From NCBI GenBank assembly GCA_017446155.1, contig JAFSRI010000053.1, positions 170,830 through 234,829 on the forward strand: a stretch of DNA of 64,000 nt, read 5' to 3'. Shown here one piece after another: positions 10,219-19,806 of the stretch (positions are counted from its first letter, which is position 1; every line of letters begins with the position of its first letter). This stretch comes from Clostridia bacterium (GTDB lineage Bacteria; Bacillota; Clostridia; Oscillospirales; CAG-272). Made by a program: the position numbers and the translations under genes. Under the pieces are notes generated by a model, which had not been told where the DNA came from, ran no database searches, and saw nothing but the letters and a program-made list of their open reading frames with translations.

Positions 10219-11815
10219 CTCCTCCGTTCATCTCATTTGCGGCGTTCAGCCATTCATCTTCGGTCAGGTTGCTGTCTTTTGCAATGCCGAAGTTCTTTTC
10301 TTTTTGCTCAACCGTGAGGTTCACCGCGCCCGTCATCATAAGGCCGAGTTCTTCTTTTGTTACCTTTGAAGCGTGAACGATGCCCATTACTTCTCCATGG
10401 CAGAGCACCATTATTTTATCGCACAGCGCAAGCATAACGTCGAGGTCTTCCCCCACGAACAGAATGCCGACGCCGTTTTTCTTTTGCTCGTTTAAAATAT
10501 CGTATATTGCATATGCCGAGTTTATGTCGAGTCCGCGGACGGGGTATGCGGTGACGATAACGTTCGGCCCGGCCTCGATCTCACGTCCGACGAGTACCTT
10601 TTGCACGTTGCCGCCGGAAAGACGTCTTACGGGTGTTTCGGTCGATGGGGTGACGATGTCGAGTTTGGCGATAAGCGCCTCTGCTTTTGCGCGTGCCGTT
10701 TTTCTGTTTACAAACGGCGTCTTTCCGTCACCGTATGTTTTCAGCATCATGTTGTCGGTGATGGAAAACGACGGGGCTAAGCCCATGCCGAGTCGATCTT
10801 CGGGAATAAAACTCATCGATATTCCTTTTTCTATTATCTGTTTCGGCGGTATACCGACGATGCTCTCGCCCTTGTGCATTATAAAACCTTTTTCGATTTT
10901 ACGAAGTCCGGCGATCGCCTCGCACAGCTCTTTCTGCCCGCAACCGGCAATGCCCGCAACGCCGAGAATTTCTCCGCCGCGAATATAAAAGTTTACGTTT
11001 TTAATGGCGACGTTGCCGTCGTCGGCTTTAATGCTGAGGTCCCTTATTTCAAGCAAAGGGCGGGTGTGCTCGACTTCCGCACGATTTATTTCAAGCGTTA
11101 TTTTCTTGCCTACCATCATTTCGGTAAGCTGTTTTTCGTTCGTTTCTGACGTGTTGACCGTGCCTATGTATTCACCTTTGCGAAGAATGGAAACTCTGTC
11201 GGAGATTTCCATTACTTCGTTAAGCTTGTGCGTAATGATTATTATCGACTTTCCGTCGTCACGCATTTTGCGAAGCACGGCGAACAGTTTTTCTATCTCC
11301 TGTGGAGTAAGAACTGCCGTCGGCTCGTCGAGAATCAGAATGTTTGCACCGCGGTAAAGCACCTTGATGATCTCAACGGTTTGCTTTTCGGAAACAGACA
11401 TTTCATGGACTTTCTTTTTCGGATCTATATCGAAACCGTATTTTTCCGCGATTTCGCGGACACGGGAATTTACAAGTTTAAGGTTAAATTTTTCTTTTAT
11501 TCCTAAAATAATATTCTGTGCGGCAGTGAACGTTTCCACGAGCTTGAAATGTTGGTGGATCATGCCGATTTTATATTTGAATGCGTCTTTTGGCGACGCT
11601 ATGACAGCGGGCTGTCCGCCGACGAATATTTCGCCTTCGTCGGGGAAGTAGATACCCGAGATCATGTTCATAAGCGTTGTTTTGCCGGAGCCGTTTTCTC
11701 CGAGCAGGGAAAGGATCTCATTTTTGTATACGGTGAGGTTTATGTTTTTGTTTGCGGCAACTTTTCCGAAACTTTTGGAAATATTGCGAAGTTCAAGGGC
11801 GGTTTCTTTTGCCAT
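10190..11815 (-). CDS. ABC transporter ATP-binding protein with two fused ATPase domains
   Basis: Walker A GENGSGKTT, signature LSVSEKQ, a second signature LSGGNVQK, and Walker B ILILDEPT. Confidence 0.9.
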   Translation of the reverse strand: MAKETALELRNISKSFGKVAANKNINLTVYKNEILSLLGENGSGKTTLMNMISGIYFPDEGEIFVGGQPAVIASPKDAFKYKIGMIHQHFKLVETFTAAQNIILGIKEKFNLKLVNSRVREIAEKYGFDIDPKKKVHEMSVSEKQTVEIIKVLYRGANILILDEPTAVLTPQEIEKLFAVLRKMRDDGKSIIIITHKLNEVMEISDRVSILRKGEYIGTVNTSETNEKQLTEMMVGKKITLEINRAEVEHTRPLLEIRDLSIKADDGNVAIKNVNFYIRGGEILGVAGIAGCGQKELCEAIAGLRKIEKGFIMHKGESIVGIPPKQIIEKGISMSFIPEDRLGMGLAPSFSITDNMMLKTYGDGKTPFVNRKTARAKAEALIAKLDIVTPSTETPVRRLSGGNVQKVLVGREIEAGPNVIVTAYPVRGLDINSAYAIYDILNEQKKNGVGILFVGEDLDVMLALCDKIMVLCHGEVMGIVHASKVTKEELGLMMTGAVNLTVEQKEKNFGIAKDSNLTEDEWLNAANEMNGGDDDDENRKN

Positions 11816-11909
11816 TTTGGCCTCCCGGAAATAAATTTGAAAAAAACAAAATACAGCAAAGCGGAGAGTAGTCTCCGCTTTGCTTTTAAATTGGTTTGGA
11901 TTGACTGTA

Positions 11910-13133
11910 TTAGCCGTAGTTACGATCGAGTAGTGTGATACCGTCGATTTCTACGTCGAAGTAAGGTGCCGAACGGTATTCGGATTCATGGAAGTAACCG
12001 CCGGATACAACTTCCGTGTCTTTTGTGAAAGCGTCGTCGTAGTCAACGTCTGCTTTGTAGGATGTGAGTTTTTCGCCGTTTACAGTGATGAAGTTATCTT
12101 TTGAAGTGTCGAATACGTGGAGAGTGCCTGCCTTGAAAGCAGCGAGAGCTTCGTCAAGTTTAGCCTGCGTTCCTTCTGCCGCAACCTTTGAAAGAGCTTC
12201 GAGCTTAACGGAACCGGTAGCGATAGTGCCTGTCCAGTCTTTGTCGATATTCTTGTCTTCGAGAACGCAGTTGATCATGTACTCATAGAAGGGAGTCCAG
12301 TCGATCTTGGAAGCAACTATGTATGTGTTGGGACCCTGAGCCTCTGTGCTGCCGTTGTAGGAAACGTTCGGAACGCCGGCTTCTTCGCAAGCGTTGGGAG
12401 CGCCGTAAGAGTCAGCGTGCTGAGAAATAAGAACGCAACCGTCATTGATGAGCGACTTTGCAGCTGTATATTCCTTATCTGTATCGTACCAAGAACCCGT
12501 GAACTTAACCTTCATCGTAACGGAAGGACATACGGATTTAGCGCCGAGATAGAAAGATGTGTAACCGGACATAACCTCTGCATATGTGAAAGCGCCGACG
12601 TAACCCATAACCGCTTCTTCCGCTGTGATCTTGCCTGCTGAAATCATTTCGTTGAGTTTCATGCCTGCCGCGATACCGGCGAGGTATCTGCCTTCATAGA
12701 TAGCTGCGAAAGCGTTTGAGAAGTTGTCAAGTCCGAGAGTGTGGGCTTTTGTGCCGGTGGCATGGCAGAAACGAACGCTCGGGAACTCCTGAGCGGCCTG
12801 AACGAGGAAGTCTTCGTGACCGAAAGAGTCGGCGAACACTACCTGGCAACCCTGGTTTACGCAAGCCTTCGCTTTGTCGTAGCAGTCGCTGGATTCATCA
12901 ACGCCTGTGTAAAGAACGAGCTGATCCTTGGACAAACCGAGGTTTTCAAGCGCTCGATACATAGAATCGATGAAGTTTTTGTCATATGTGGATGTGTCGT
13001 CGTGAAGTGTGATAAGACCAACTTTAAGAGTGCTCTTATCAACTGTTTTCTTTTCGCCGCACGATGTGCCGACGAGAGCTATTGCAACGAGCATTGTGAG
13101 CGCAAGAACGATAGAAAGAATTTTCTTTGCCAT
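11910..13133 (-). CDS. BMP-family (PnrA/Med-like) lipoprotein, substrate-binding component
   Basis: Lipobox LVGTSCG and BMP-like sequence (KVGLITLHDDTSTYDKNF). The start at 13133 follows GGAGG. Confidence 0.85.
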   Translation of the reverse strand: MAKKILSIVLALTMLVAIALVGTSCGEKKTVDKSTLKVGLITLHDDTSTYDKNFIDSMYRALENLGLSKDQLVLYTGVDESSDCYDKAKACVNQGCQVVFADSFGHEDFLVQAAQEFPSVRFCHATGTKAHTLGLDNFSNAFAAIYEGRYLAGIAAGMKLNEMISAGKITAEEAVMGYVGAFTYAEVMSGYTSFYLGAKSVCPSVTMKVKFTGSWYDTDKEYTAAKSLINDGCVLISQHADSYGAPNACEEAGVPNVSYNGSTEAQGPNTYIVASKIDWTPFYEYMINCVLEDKNIDKDWTGTIATGSVKLEALSKVAAEGTQAKLDEALAAFKAGTLHVFDTSKDNFITVNGEKLTSYKADVDYDDAFTKDTEVVSGGYFHESEYRSAPYFDVEIDGITLLDRNYG

Positions 13134-13192
13134 TTTTGTGTCCTCCAAAAAAATTTATAAATAAGAAAGCTGCGCTTTCCTTATTTCGTTTT

Positions 13193-13765
13193 TCAGCAGA
13201 AGCGGATTCCGTTTTCGGGATCCATTTCCGCAATTTTCGCCAGAGCGTCAACTCTGTATCCGCGGTGTCTGATGGCGTCACCGCCGCCCTGATAGTTTTT
13301 CTCGATAGCCACGGCGCACCCGACAACCTCGGCACCTGCCTGCTCGACGATCGAAATAAGCCCGTTGAGTGCCTCGCCGTGAGCGAGAAAGTCATCGACG
13401 ATAAGCACCTTTTCGCCTTTTGAGATGAACTCTTTTGATACCGTGGCGGTGTAAGAATTGCCGTGGGTGAACGATTTTACCGTGGCTGTGTAAACGTCGC
13501 CGTTCTGAGTGGACGCACGGCTCTTTTTGGCAAAAACAACGGGAACATGCAACTGTACGGCAAGTGCCGTGGCAATCGCTATTCCCGATGCTTCGATAGT
13601 CAATATTTCAGATATTTTTTCCCCGTTATAGAGGCGGGCAATTTCTTTGCCCATTTCAACAAGAAAATCAACGTCAATACGCTGATTGAGAAAACAGCCC
13701 ACTTTGAGTATATCTTTGGATATGACCGTGCCTTCTTTTACGATTTTTTCTTCAAGAGCTCTCAT
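13193..13765 (-). CDS. xpt: Xanthine phosphoribosyltransferase
   Basis: MRALEEKIVKEGTVISKDILKV aligns with B. subtilis Xpt [22 protein letters not shown]. The PRPP loop VLIVDDFLAHG is present. I chose the start at 13765 from this alignment; it lies 10 nt after GGAGG. Confidence 0.9.
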   Translation of the reverse strand: MRALEEKIVKEGTVISKDILKVGCFLNQRIDVDFLVEMGKEIARLYNGEKISEILTIEASGIAIATALAVQLHVPVVFAKKSRASTQNGDVYTATVKSFTHGNSYTATVSKEFISKGEKVLIVDDFLAHGEALNGLISIVEQAGAEVVGCAVAIEKNYQGGGDAIRHRGYRVDALAKIAEMDPENGIRFC

Positions 13766-13786
13766 CGCGGCCATACCTCCTTTCAA

Positions 13787-13920
13787 AATAAAAAAACAGA
13801 CTCGAAAAGCCTGTTTGCCGACAAAAACAAATCCACAGGGAAATGTTTAAATTACCGATAGTCGCAACTTGGCGTGCGGTAGAAACATTCGGGCCATCAT
13901 ATCCGAACCTATATCGGCAA
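13787..13920 (-). promoter_or_regulatory. Purine riboswitch (guanine/xanthine class) with terminator expression platform
   Basis: The minus-strand RNA reads CCGAUAUAGGUUCGGAUAUGAUGGCCCGAAUGUUUCUACCGCACGCCAAGUUGCGACUAUCGG. P1 is CCGAUA/UAUCGG. The GGAUAUG..GG L2 core, the GUUUCUACC junction and GACUAU (C at the specificity position) are all present. It is followed by the ACAGGC/GUCUGU hairpin and UUUUUUUAUUUU, which ends just before the xpt RBS. L2 and L3 differ slightly from the B. subtilis xpt aptamer. Confidence 0.85.
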
Positions 13921-13942
13921 AACAGTATTGATTTGTGATTTT

Positions 13943-13971
13943 ATTATAACTTGCCGATTTTTAAAAATCAA
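13943..13971 (-). promoter_or_regulatory. Sigma-A type promoter for the riboswitch-xpt operon
   Basis: Minus strand reads TTGATT (13971-13966), 17 nt spacer, TATAAT (13948-13943). Confidence 0.7.
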
Positions 13972-14304
13972 GAGGTTTTCAGTATTTTGTCAAAAAAACT
14001 GTCAATTTTGGCGGGTAGGACGAAAAGAATATCGCTTTTTGAAAAATCGTTGTGCATTTTACTGATGAAAAAAAGCGCGTGGAGGAGAAAACCCTCTTGT
14101 AAAAAGCCGAGATATATGATAAAATGACAAAAAAGATGTTGCACAGCATACAATAATGACAAGTAAATAAACGCGAAAAGAAAATCGAACGTTGATTTTT
14201 AACATCCGGCTATAAAAATAAGTTTATGATTGTTTGGGAAGTTCCGTGCTTTTTCATAAATTTTGATGTGTTTTAAAACAAGAAAAAACGGGAGAGTGAC
14301 CGAA

Positions 14305-14625
14305 ATGAAAACAAAAAAAGCGTTGAGTATTTTTCTTTGCGTGCTTAACGTTGCGGGAATTATTTGCCTTATATTTTTCGGGGTAATGTTTCTTTCCCAC
14401 GACACGAGCGTGCGGAATCCCGACGCCATGATACCGTTTGAAGTGTGGGAAAGCGCGGGAACGGTGCTGACGGTTGGATTTTTTCCGCTGGCGGCGGCGA
14501 ATACGCTTGCTTATATATTTTTATTTAAGGTTAAAATCAAAAATCCGGTAAGGTTACTGTTCTTTTTGCCGTGTGTGATATGCCTTGCGCTGTCGGTGAG
14601 TTATTTCGTCATATCACTTATATAA
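14305..14625 (+). CDS. Small integral membrane protein, unknown function
   Basis: 106 aa with about 3 predicted hydrophobic helices. GGGAGA RBS lies upstream of the ATG at 14305. Confidence 0.45.
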   Translation: MKTKKALSIFLCVLNVAGIICLIFFGVMFLSHDTSVRNPDAMIPFEVWESAGTVLTVGFFPLAAANTLAYIFLFKVKIKNPVRLLFFLPCVICLALSVSYFVISLI

Positions 14626-14669
14626 TATTTGTAAAAACATTCAACTATATATAAAACAGGAGAAAAACA

Positions 14670-15359
14670 ATGGGCAAAACGACTGCAATAATTTGCGCGA
14701 TGACAAAAGAAGCGGAAACGCTGATAGGTATGATGACGGACAAAACCGTGGAGAAAATATCCGGCAGGGAATATATAAAAGGAAAACTTTGCGGGAAAGA
14801 CGTCGTTATAGTCGTATGCGGAATAGGCAAAGTGCTCGCCGCTTCGTGTGCGCAGACGATGATACTTAAATATTCGCCCGACGTTGTGATAAACACAGGC
14901 GTCGCCGGTTCTCTTGATGAACACCTTAAAATATATGATATTGTAATCGCTTCTCATGTCGTTCAGCACGATTTTGATACAAGCGTCATCGGTGATCCGC
15001 TCGGATACATTGCGGAGCTTGACACGGTGAAAGTGCAGGCGGACGACGATACAAACAAAACGCTTGCACGTTGCGCGGAAAAGCTGAGATATAATTACGT
15101 AGAGGGCGTCGTCGCAACGGGAGACCAATTTATCGACGGCGCGGAAAAGAAAGCATATATCAAAGCTAATTTCGGCGCTTCCGCGTGCGACATGGAAGGG
15201 GCGGCTATCGGCACGGTTTGCCGTGTGGCGGGCGTAAAATTTGCGGTATTAAGGTCAATTTCCGACAGCGGCGACGGCGTTGAATATTCGAGCTTTGTCG
15301 TCGAGGCTGTGAAGAGATCGACCGCGGTGATAAAAGAGTATCTTTTGCAGACAAAATAA
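14670..15359 (+). CDS. mtnN: 5'-methylthioadenosine/S-adenosylhomocysteine nucleosidase
   Basis: 229 aa with Pfs-like motifs: IICAMTKEAE, VVCGIGKV, ACDMEGAAI and RSISD. Confidence 0.9.
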   Translation: MGKTTAIICAMTKEAETLIGMMTDKTVEKISGREYIKGKLCGKDVVIVVCGIGKVLAASCAQTMILKYSPDVVINTGVAGSLDEHLKIYDIVIASHVVQHDFDTSVIGDPLGYIAELDTVKVQADDDTNKTLARCAEKLRYNYVEGVVATGDQFIDGAEKKAYIKANFGASACDMEGAAIGTVCRVAGVKFAVLRSISDSGDGVEYSSFVVEAVKRSTAVIKEYLLQTK

Positions 15360-15377
15360 CAGTGGAGGAGAAAACCG

Positions 15378-16403
15378 ATGAGAACACTTGAACAGATTTT
15401 GAGGGGCGCCATCTCGCTTAACGCGTCCGACGTGCTTTTTTCATCCGGAACACCTGTCGCATACAGGGTAAACGGCAAGTACGGCTTTGTTGAAAAAGAA
15501 CCTCTTACGCCGGAAGATTCCGAGATGTATGTCAGAGAAATAATCGGCGAAACGCTTTTCGCTCGGCTGAGAGCCGACAAGGAAGTTGACACGTCGATAC
15601 GTCTTTTCGGATATAACTTCCGCGTAGGAGCGTTTACGTCCATGGGACATTACGCCGCGTCGCTCAGAATTTTAAGCAATAAAATACGTAATTTCGAGGA
15701 GCTCGACCTGCCGCAAGAGCTGGCGGAGCTGTGTAACTATTCAAGCGGGCTTGTGCTTATTACGGGAACTACGGGAAGCGGCAAAAGTACGACTATGGCG
15801 GCAATGATAGACTATATCAACTCCACGCGAAACGGCCATATCATAACGATTGAGGACCCGATAGAGTATGTTTATTCGCAGAAAAAATGCATAATACATC
15901 AAAAAGAAGTCGGGCGCGACACATTGTCGTTTTCAAATTCGCTCAGAACCATATTGAGAGAAGACCCCGATATTATAGCAGTTGGGGAAATGCGTGACCC
16001 GGAAACGATCTCGTCGGCAATAACGTGTGCCGAAACGGGACACCTTGTAATTTCCACATTGCATACGTCAAACGTTGCGGGTACCGTTTCGAGAATAGTC
16101 GACGCGTTTGATTCAAGCATGCAGGCGCAGATAAGAACACAGCTTTCAATGACGCTGAGGGGCATCATTTCGCAAAGACTTATTCCGTCAGCCACGGGAA
16201 TGGGACGCGTGGTTGCATATGAATACGCTCCGTTTACACCGTCGCTTCGCGCACTTATAAGAACGAACAAACAACACCTGATCACAGGTCAAATACAAAT
16301 CGGCGCGGGGGAAGGAATGATAAGTTTGCAAAGATGTATCGAGCGGCTTGTAAGAGAAGGTAAAATAACGCAGGAAACTGCGGAAATGTATGCAAAGCAG
16401 TAA
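15378..16403 (+). CDS. pilT: Type IV pilus retraction ATPase PilT family
   Basis: Walker A GTTGSGKST, TIEDPIEY, the Asp box ILREDPDIIAVGEMRD, and the His box GHLVISTLHT. Confidence 0.85.
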   Translation: MRTLEQILRGAISLNASDVLFSSGTPVAYRVNGKYGFVEKEPLTPEDSEMYVREIIGETLFARLRADKEVDTSIRLFGYNFRVGAFTSMGHYAASLRILSNKIRNFEELDLPQELAELCNYSSGLVLITGTTGSGKSTTMAAMIDYINSTRNGHIITIEDPIEYVYSQKKCIIHQKEVGRDTLSFSNSLRTILREDPDIIAVGEMRDPETISSAITCAETGHLVISTLHTSNVAGTVSRIVDAFDSSMQAQIRTQLSMTLRGIISQRLIPSATGMGRVVAYEYAPFTPSLRALIRTNKQHLITGQIQIGAGEGMISLQRCIERLVREGKITQETAEMYAKQ

Positions 16404-16434
16404 AGACAACATATATATTAAGGAAACGACCAAC

Positions 16435-17064
16435 ATGACGGAACATGAAAAAATGTTTGCGGGAAAAATTTACGACCCGTTCTCCGAGGGGATGCCCGAG
16501 GAGAGAACAAAAGCGCATCGGCTTTGCAAACTGTTTAACGACACGTTTGAGACGGAAAACGAAAAGCGCGAGGAGATACTACAAGCCCTTATGCCGAACA
16601 GGGGTAAAAACGTATACCTTCAAGGTCCGATATTCTTTGATTTCGGCACGAACATAAGCATGGGCGACGACAGCTTTGCAAATTTTAATTTTACCGTGCT
16701 TGACGAAGGCAAGGTGACGATAGGAAAGTCTGTCTTTATCGGTCCTTACGTTTCGCTCTGCACACCGATACATCCGCTTTGTTGGCAGGACAGAAACTCT
16801 TTTTTCAATGAAAAAACGGGCTGTACAACAAATCTTGAAAGAGCGGGAGCTATTACGATAGGCGATAATTGTTGGCTTGGGAGCAACGTCACCGTTTGCG
16901 GTGGAGTTACGATAGGCGAGGGATGCGTTATCGGCGCGGGATCGGTTGTTGTGCGCGATATTGAACCAAACAGTCTTGCTGTCGGAAATCCGTGCAGGGT
17001 GATAAGAAAAATTACCGAAAACGACAGACTGGCAAATCACCCGGAATGGTTCTGCGAAGAATAA
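16435..17064 (+). CDS. maa: Sugar O-acetyltransferase (maltose/galactoside acetyltransferase family)
   Basis: N-terminal Mac-type segment (MFAGKIYDP) followed by hexapeptide repeats (IGDNCWLGSNVTVCGGVTIGEGCVIGAGSVV). The start at 16435 follows AAGGA. Confidence 0.8.
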   Translation: MTEHEKMFAGKIYDPFSEGMPEERTKAHRLCKLFNDTFETENEKREEILQALMPNRGKNVYLQGPIFFDFGTNISMGDDSFANFNFTVLDEGKVTIGKSVFIGPYVSLCTPIHPLCWQDRNSFFNEKTGCTTNLERAGAITIGDNCWLGSNVTVCGGVTIGEGCVIGAGSVVVRDIEPNSLAVGNPCRVIRKITENDRLANHPEWFCEE

Positions 17065-17096
17065 ATTATACAAATATATAAAACAAAAAAACGCGA

Positions 17097-17127
17097 CGGC
17101 GGCTGTTTTTTCAGCCGCCGTTTTTTT
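17097..17127 (+). terminator. Rho-independent terminator
   Basis: cggcggctg / cagccgccg hairpin followed by TTTTTTT. Confidence 0.85.
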
Positions 17128-17332
17128 GATTTGCACCAAACGCAAAACATTTTGATTTGAAGTTTCAGCCCAACAGCAAAAACAAATGTTACAAGTGATT
17201 TGAACCTTTATAAATGGAAAATAATATTATATTTTTGTATAAAACCCGATTATTTATCGAACAAGCGCGGTTGTAGCATCATCGTATGGGTTGAATATAA
17301 TAATTTGAAAATGTTTTTCGGGAGGATTGATC

Positions 17333-18331
17333 ATGTCAAAAGCAAAGGTGGCGGTGCTCGGAGCAAGCGGCGCTGTGGGACGCGAGATGATAAACGTGCT
17401 TGTAGAGCGCGGAATGAGAACCGACGAGATAGTTGCGCTGGGAGGAAAAAGTGCCGGCAAATCGATTGACGCGGGCGACAACAGGATTGAAATATTCTCG
17501 GCGGAGAAATTTGATTTCTCGAGGGTAAAATATGTTTTAGGAGCAGTGAGCGCGGAACTTTCGCGTAAGTACTCGCCGAAAATATTAAGTGGCGGCGCGG
17601 TGTATATCGATAACTCGTCGGCGTTCAGACTTGACGACGGTGTTCCGCTTGTCGTGCCGGGAATAAACGATGACGACGCTTTATTGCACCGCGGAATTAT
17701 TGCAAACCCAAACTGTTCAACGATAATAGCTCTGACGGCGCTCGCCGGGATAAACCGCATCTCACAAATAAATGAAGTCATTGCCGTGACGTATCAAGCG
17801 GTGAGTGGCGCCGGAGCGGAAGGAATGACGGAATTGCGTGCGCAGACGGAGGCATTGCTCCGCGGAGAAGAAACGGTGTGTCGTGTTTTCCCTCACAGAA
17901 TAGCGGAGAACGTAATACCGTGGATAGGAAGCAAAAGCGAAGGCGGCTACACAGACGAGGAAATGAAGATGCAAAACGAGGGCAGAAAAATTTTCGGTCG
18001 AGATAACGTTACATTCAACTGCACGTGTGTGCGAGTTCCCGTTATGCGTTCTCATTCGATAGCGCTTTCGGTTTTCTGTGATCGCTCGCTAAATGTGAGA
18101 GAGGTAAAAGATGCCGTAAGACAGACGAAAAGATGTTTGCTTTTTGACGATATTGAACGCGGCGAATATCCGATGCCGATGCTTTCAAGCGGACGCGACG
18201 AGGTATTTGTCGGGAGAATAAGAAATACTCCCGAGGGGCGAGGGGGTATCGCGCTTTTCTGCTGTGGAGATCAACTGCGGCGCGGCGCAGCGACGAACGC
18301 CGTGGACATAATGGAACTCGTTGAAAAATAA
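17333..18331 (+). CDS. asd: Aspartate-semialdehyde dehydrogenase
   Basis: VAVLGASGAVG NAD-binding motif and active-site motif IANPNCSTI. The ATG at 17333 is 7 nt after GGAGG. Confidence 0.9.
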   Translation: MSKAKVAVLGASGAVGREMINVLVERGMRTDEIVALGGKSAGKSIDAGDNRIEIFSAEKFDFSRVKYVLGAVSAELSRKYSPKILSGGAVYIDNSSAFRLDDGVPLVVPGINDDDALLHRGIIANPNCSTIIALTALAGINRISQINEVIAVTYQAVSGAGAEGMTELRAQTEALLRGEETVCRVFPHRIAENVIPWIGSKSEGGYTDEEMKMQNEGRKIFGRDNVTFNCTCVRVPVMRSHSIALSVFCDRSLNVREVKDAVRQTKRCLLFDDIERGEYPMPMLSSGRDEVFVGRIRNTPEGRGGIALFCCGDQLRRGAATNAVDIMELVEK

Positions 18332-18730
18332 TTTATACACAAGTATAAGAAATAAAAACCGCGGTGGCAGCTTGTTTTTTGGCGGCGACGTAATTTTCAG
18401 CCCGAAAAAATCCGCGGTTTTTTTGCGCTTAAATGCTGAAAACCGGATGAAAACTCCGTGTTTTTACGCGATTGACGCAAGGCTTTTGTCCTTTCCGGAC
18501 GTTTGGAAAAGCATTCTTCGTGATATGCCGTTTTCTATCTGACTTCGTAGACTTTTTTGTGAGAAAAAAAGGTTGCGGATGAATTTATCACGCGGCAAAT
18601 AAATAATCCGCTTCAAAAGAAAATTTTGTATTTATCTATTGAATTTAGCAATGGTTGGGTGTAGAATACAGGATGAATGTATTGAAGAAACGTTTAACAA
18701 AACGTTTTGTTATGGAAAGGAACTGATAAA

Positions 18731-19789
18731 ATGGCAAATACCATGTGGGCGCTTGTCAAGGATAAGCCCGAGGTCGGGCTTACGCTGAAACGCGTCAAAA
18801 TACCCGAAGTACACGCGGGTGAAGTGAAAATTAAGATACGCAAGACCGCAATCTGCGGCACTGACGTACATATATGGCTTTGGAACGAATGGGCGCAGGA
18901 AACGATAAAGCTCGGGACGATCGCAGGCCACGAATACGTGGGCGAAGTAGTTGAAGTCGGCGAGGGTGTTACAACGTGTAAAATCGGCGATATTGTGTCG
19001 GGCGAGGGGCATATCGTTTGCGGACATTGCCGTAATTGCCGCGCAGGCAGGAGTCATCTTTGCCGCGAAACGAAGGGAGTGGGAGTAAACCGCGACGGCG
19101 CGTTTGCGGAATATCTTGTAATTCCGGCGACAAACGTTATTCACGTTTCGCCCCGCATTCCGGAAGAGCTCTATTCTATATTCGATCCGTTCGGAAACGC
19201 GACTCACACAGCGCTGTCGTTTACAACTCTCGGTGAGGATGTGCTTGTGACAGGCGCAGGCCCGATTGGCATTATGGCGGCGGGAATAGCGAAGTTTTCC
19301 GGCGCGAGAAACGTCGTTATAACCGATCTTAACGACTACCGTCTTGACCTTGCGCGCAAGTTCGGCGTTGTAGCGGTGAACACGGGCAGAGAAGACTTAA
19401 AAGAAGTTATGAAGTCGCTTGGAATCGTCGAAGGATTTGACGTCGGTATGGAGATGAGCGGAAACAAATATGCGCTCAATCAACTGATAAACTCAATGGC
19501 GAACGGAGGCAGGATCGCGCTTCTCGGAATACAGAACCGCAACATGACGGAGGTGCCGTTAAATACTATTATTTGGAACGGACTGAAACTTAAAGGTATT
19601 TACGGCAGGGAAATGTATGAAACGTGGTACAAGATGACCGCGATGGTAGAGGGCGGCTTTCCGCTTGAAAGAATAATCACTCACCGCTTTGACATAAAGG
19701 ATTATCGCCTCGGCTTTGACGAAATGGTGTCGGGGCAGTCAGGTAAGGTGATACTCGATTGGAGCCGCGTTGGCGAGCTGGATGAATAA
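18731..19789 (+). CDS. tdh: L-threonine 3-dehydrogenase (Zn-dependent MDR family)
   Basis: [12 protein letters not shown], structural-zinc cysteines ([15 protein letters not shown]), and kbl immediately downstream. Confidence 0.85.
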   Translation: MANTMWALVKDKPEVGLTLKRVKIPEVHAGEVKIKIRKTAICGTDVHIWLWNEWAQETIKLGTIAGHEYVGEVVEVGEGVTTCKIGDIVSGEGHIVCGHCRNCRAGRSHLCRETKGVGVNRDGAFAEYLVIPATNVIHVSPRIPEELYSIFDPFGNATHTALSFTTLGEDVLVTGAGPIGIMAAGIAKFSGARNVVITDLNDYRLDLARKFGVVAVNTGREDLKEVMKSLGIVEGFDVGMEMSGNKYALNQLINSMANGGRIALLGIQNRNMTEVPLNTIIWNGLKLKGIYGREMYETWYKMTAMVEGGFPLERIITHRFDIKDYRLGFDEMVSGQSGKVILDWSRVGELDE

Positions 19790-19806
19790 ACAGACAGGAG
19801 AAAAAT

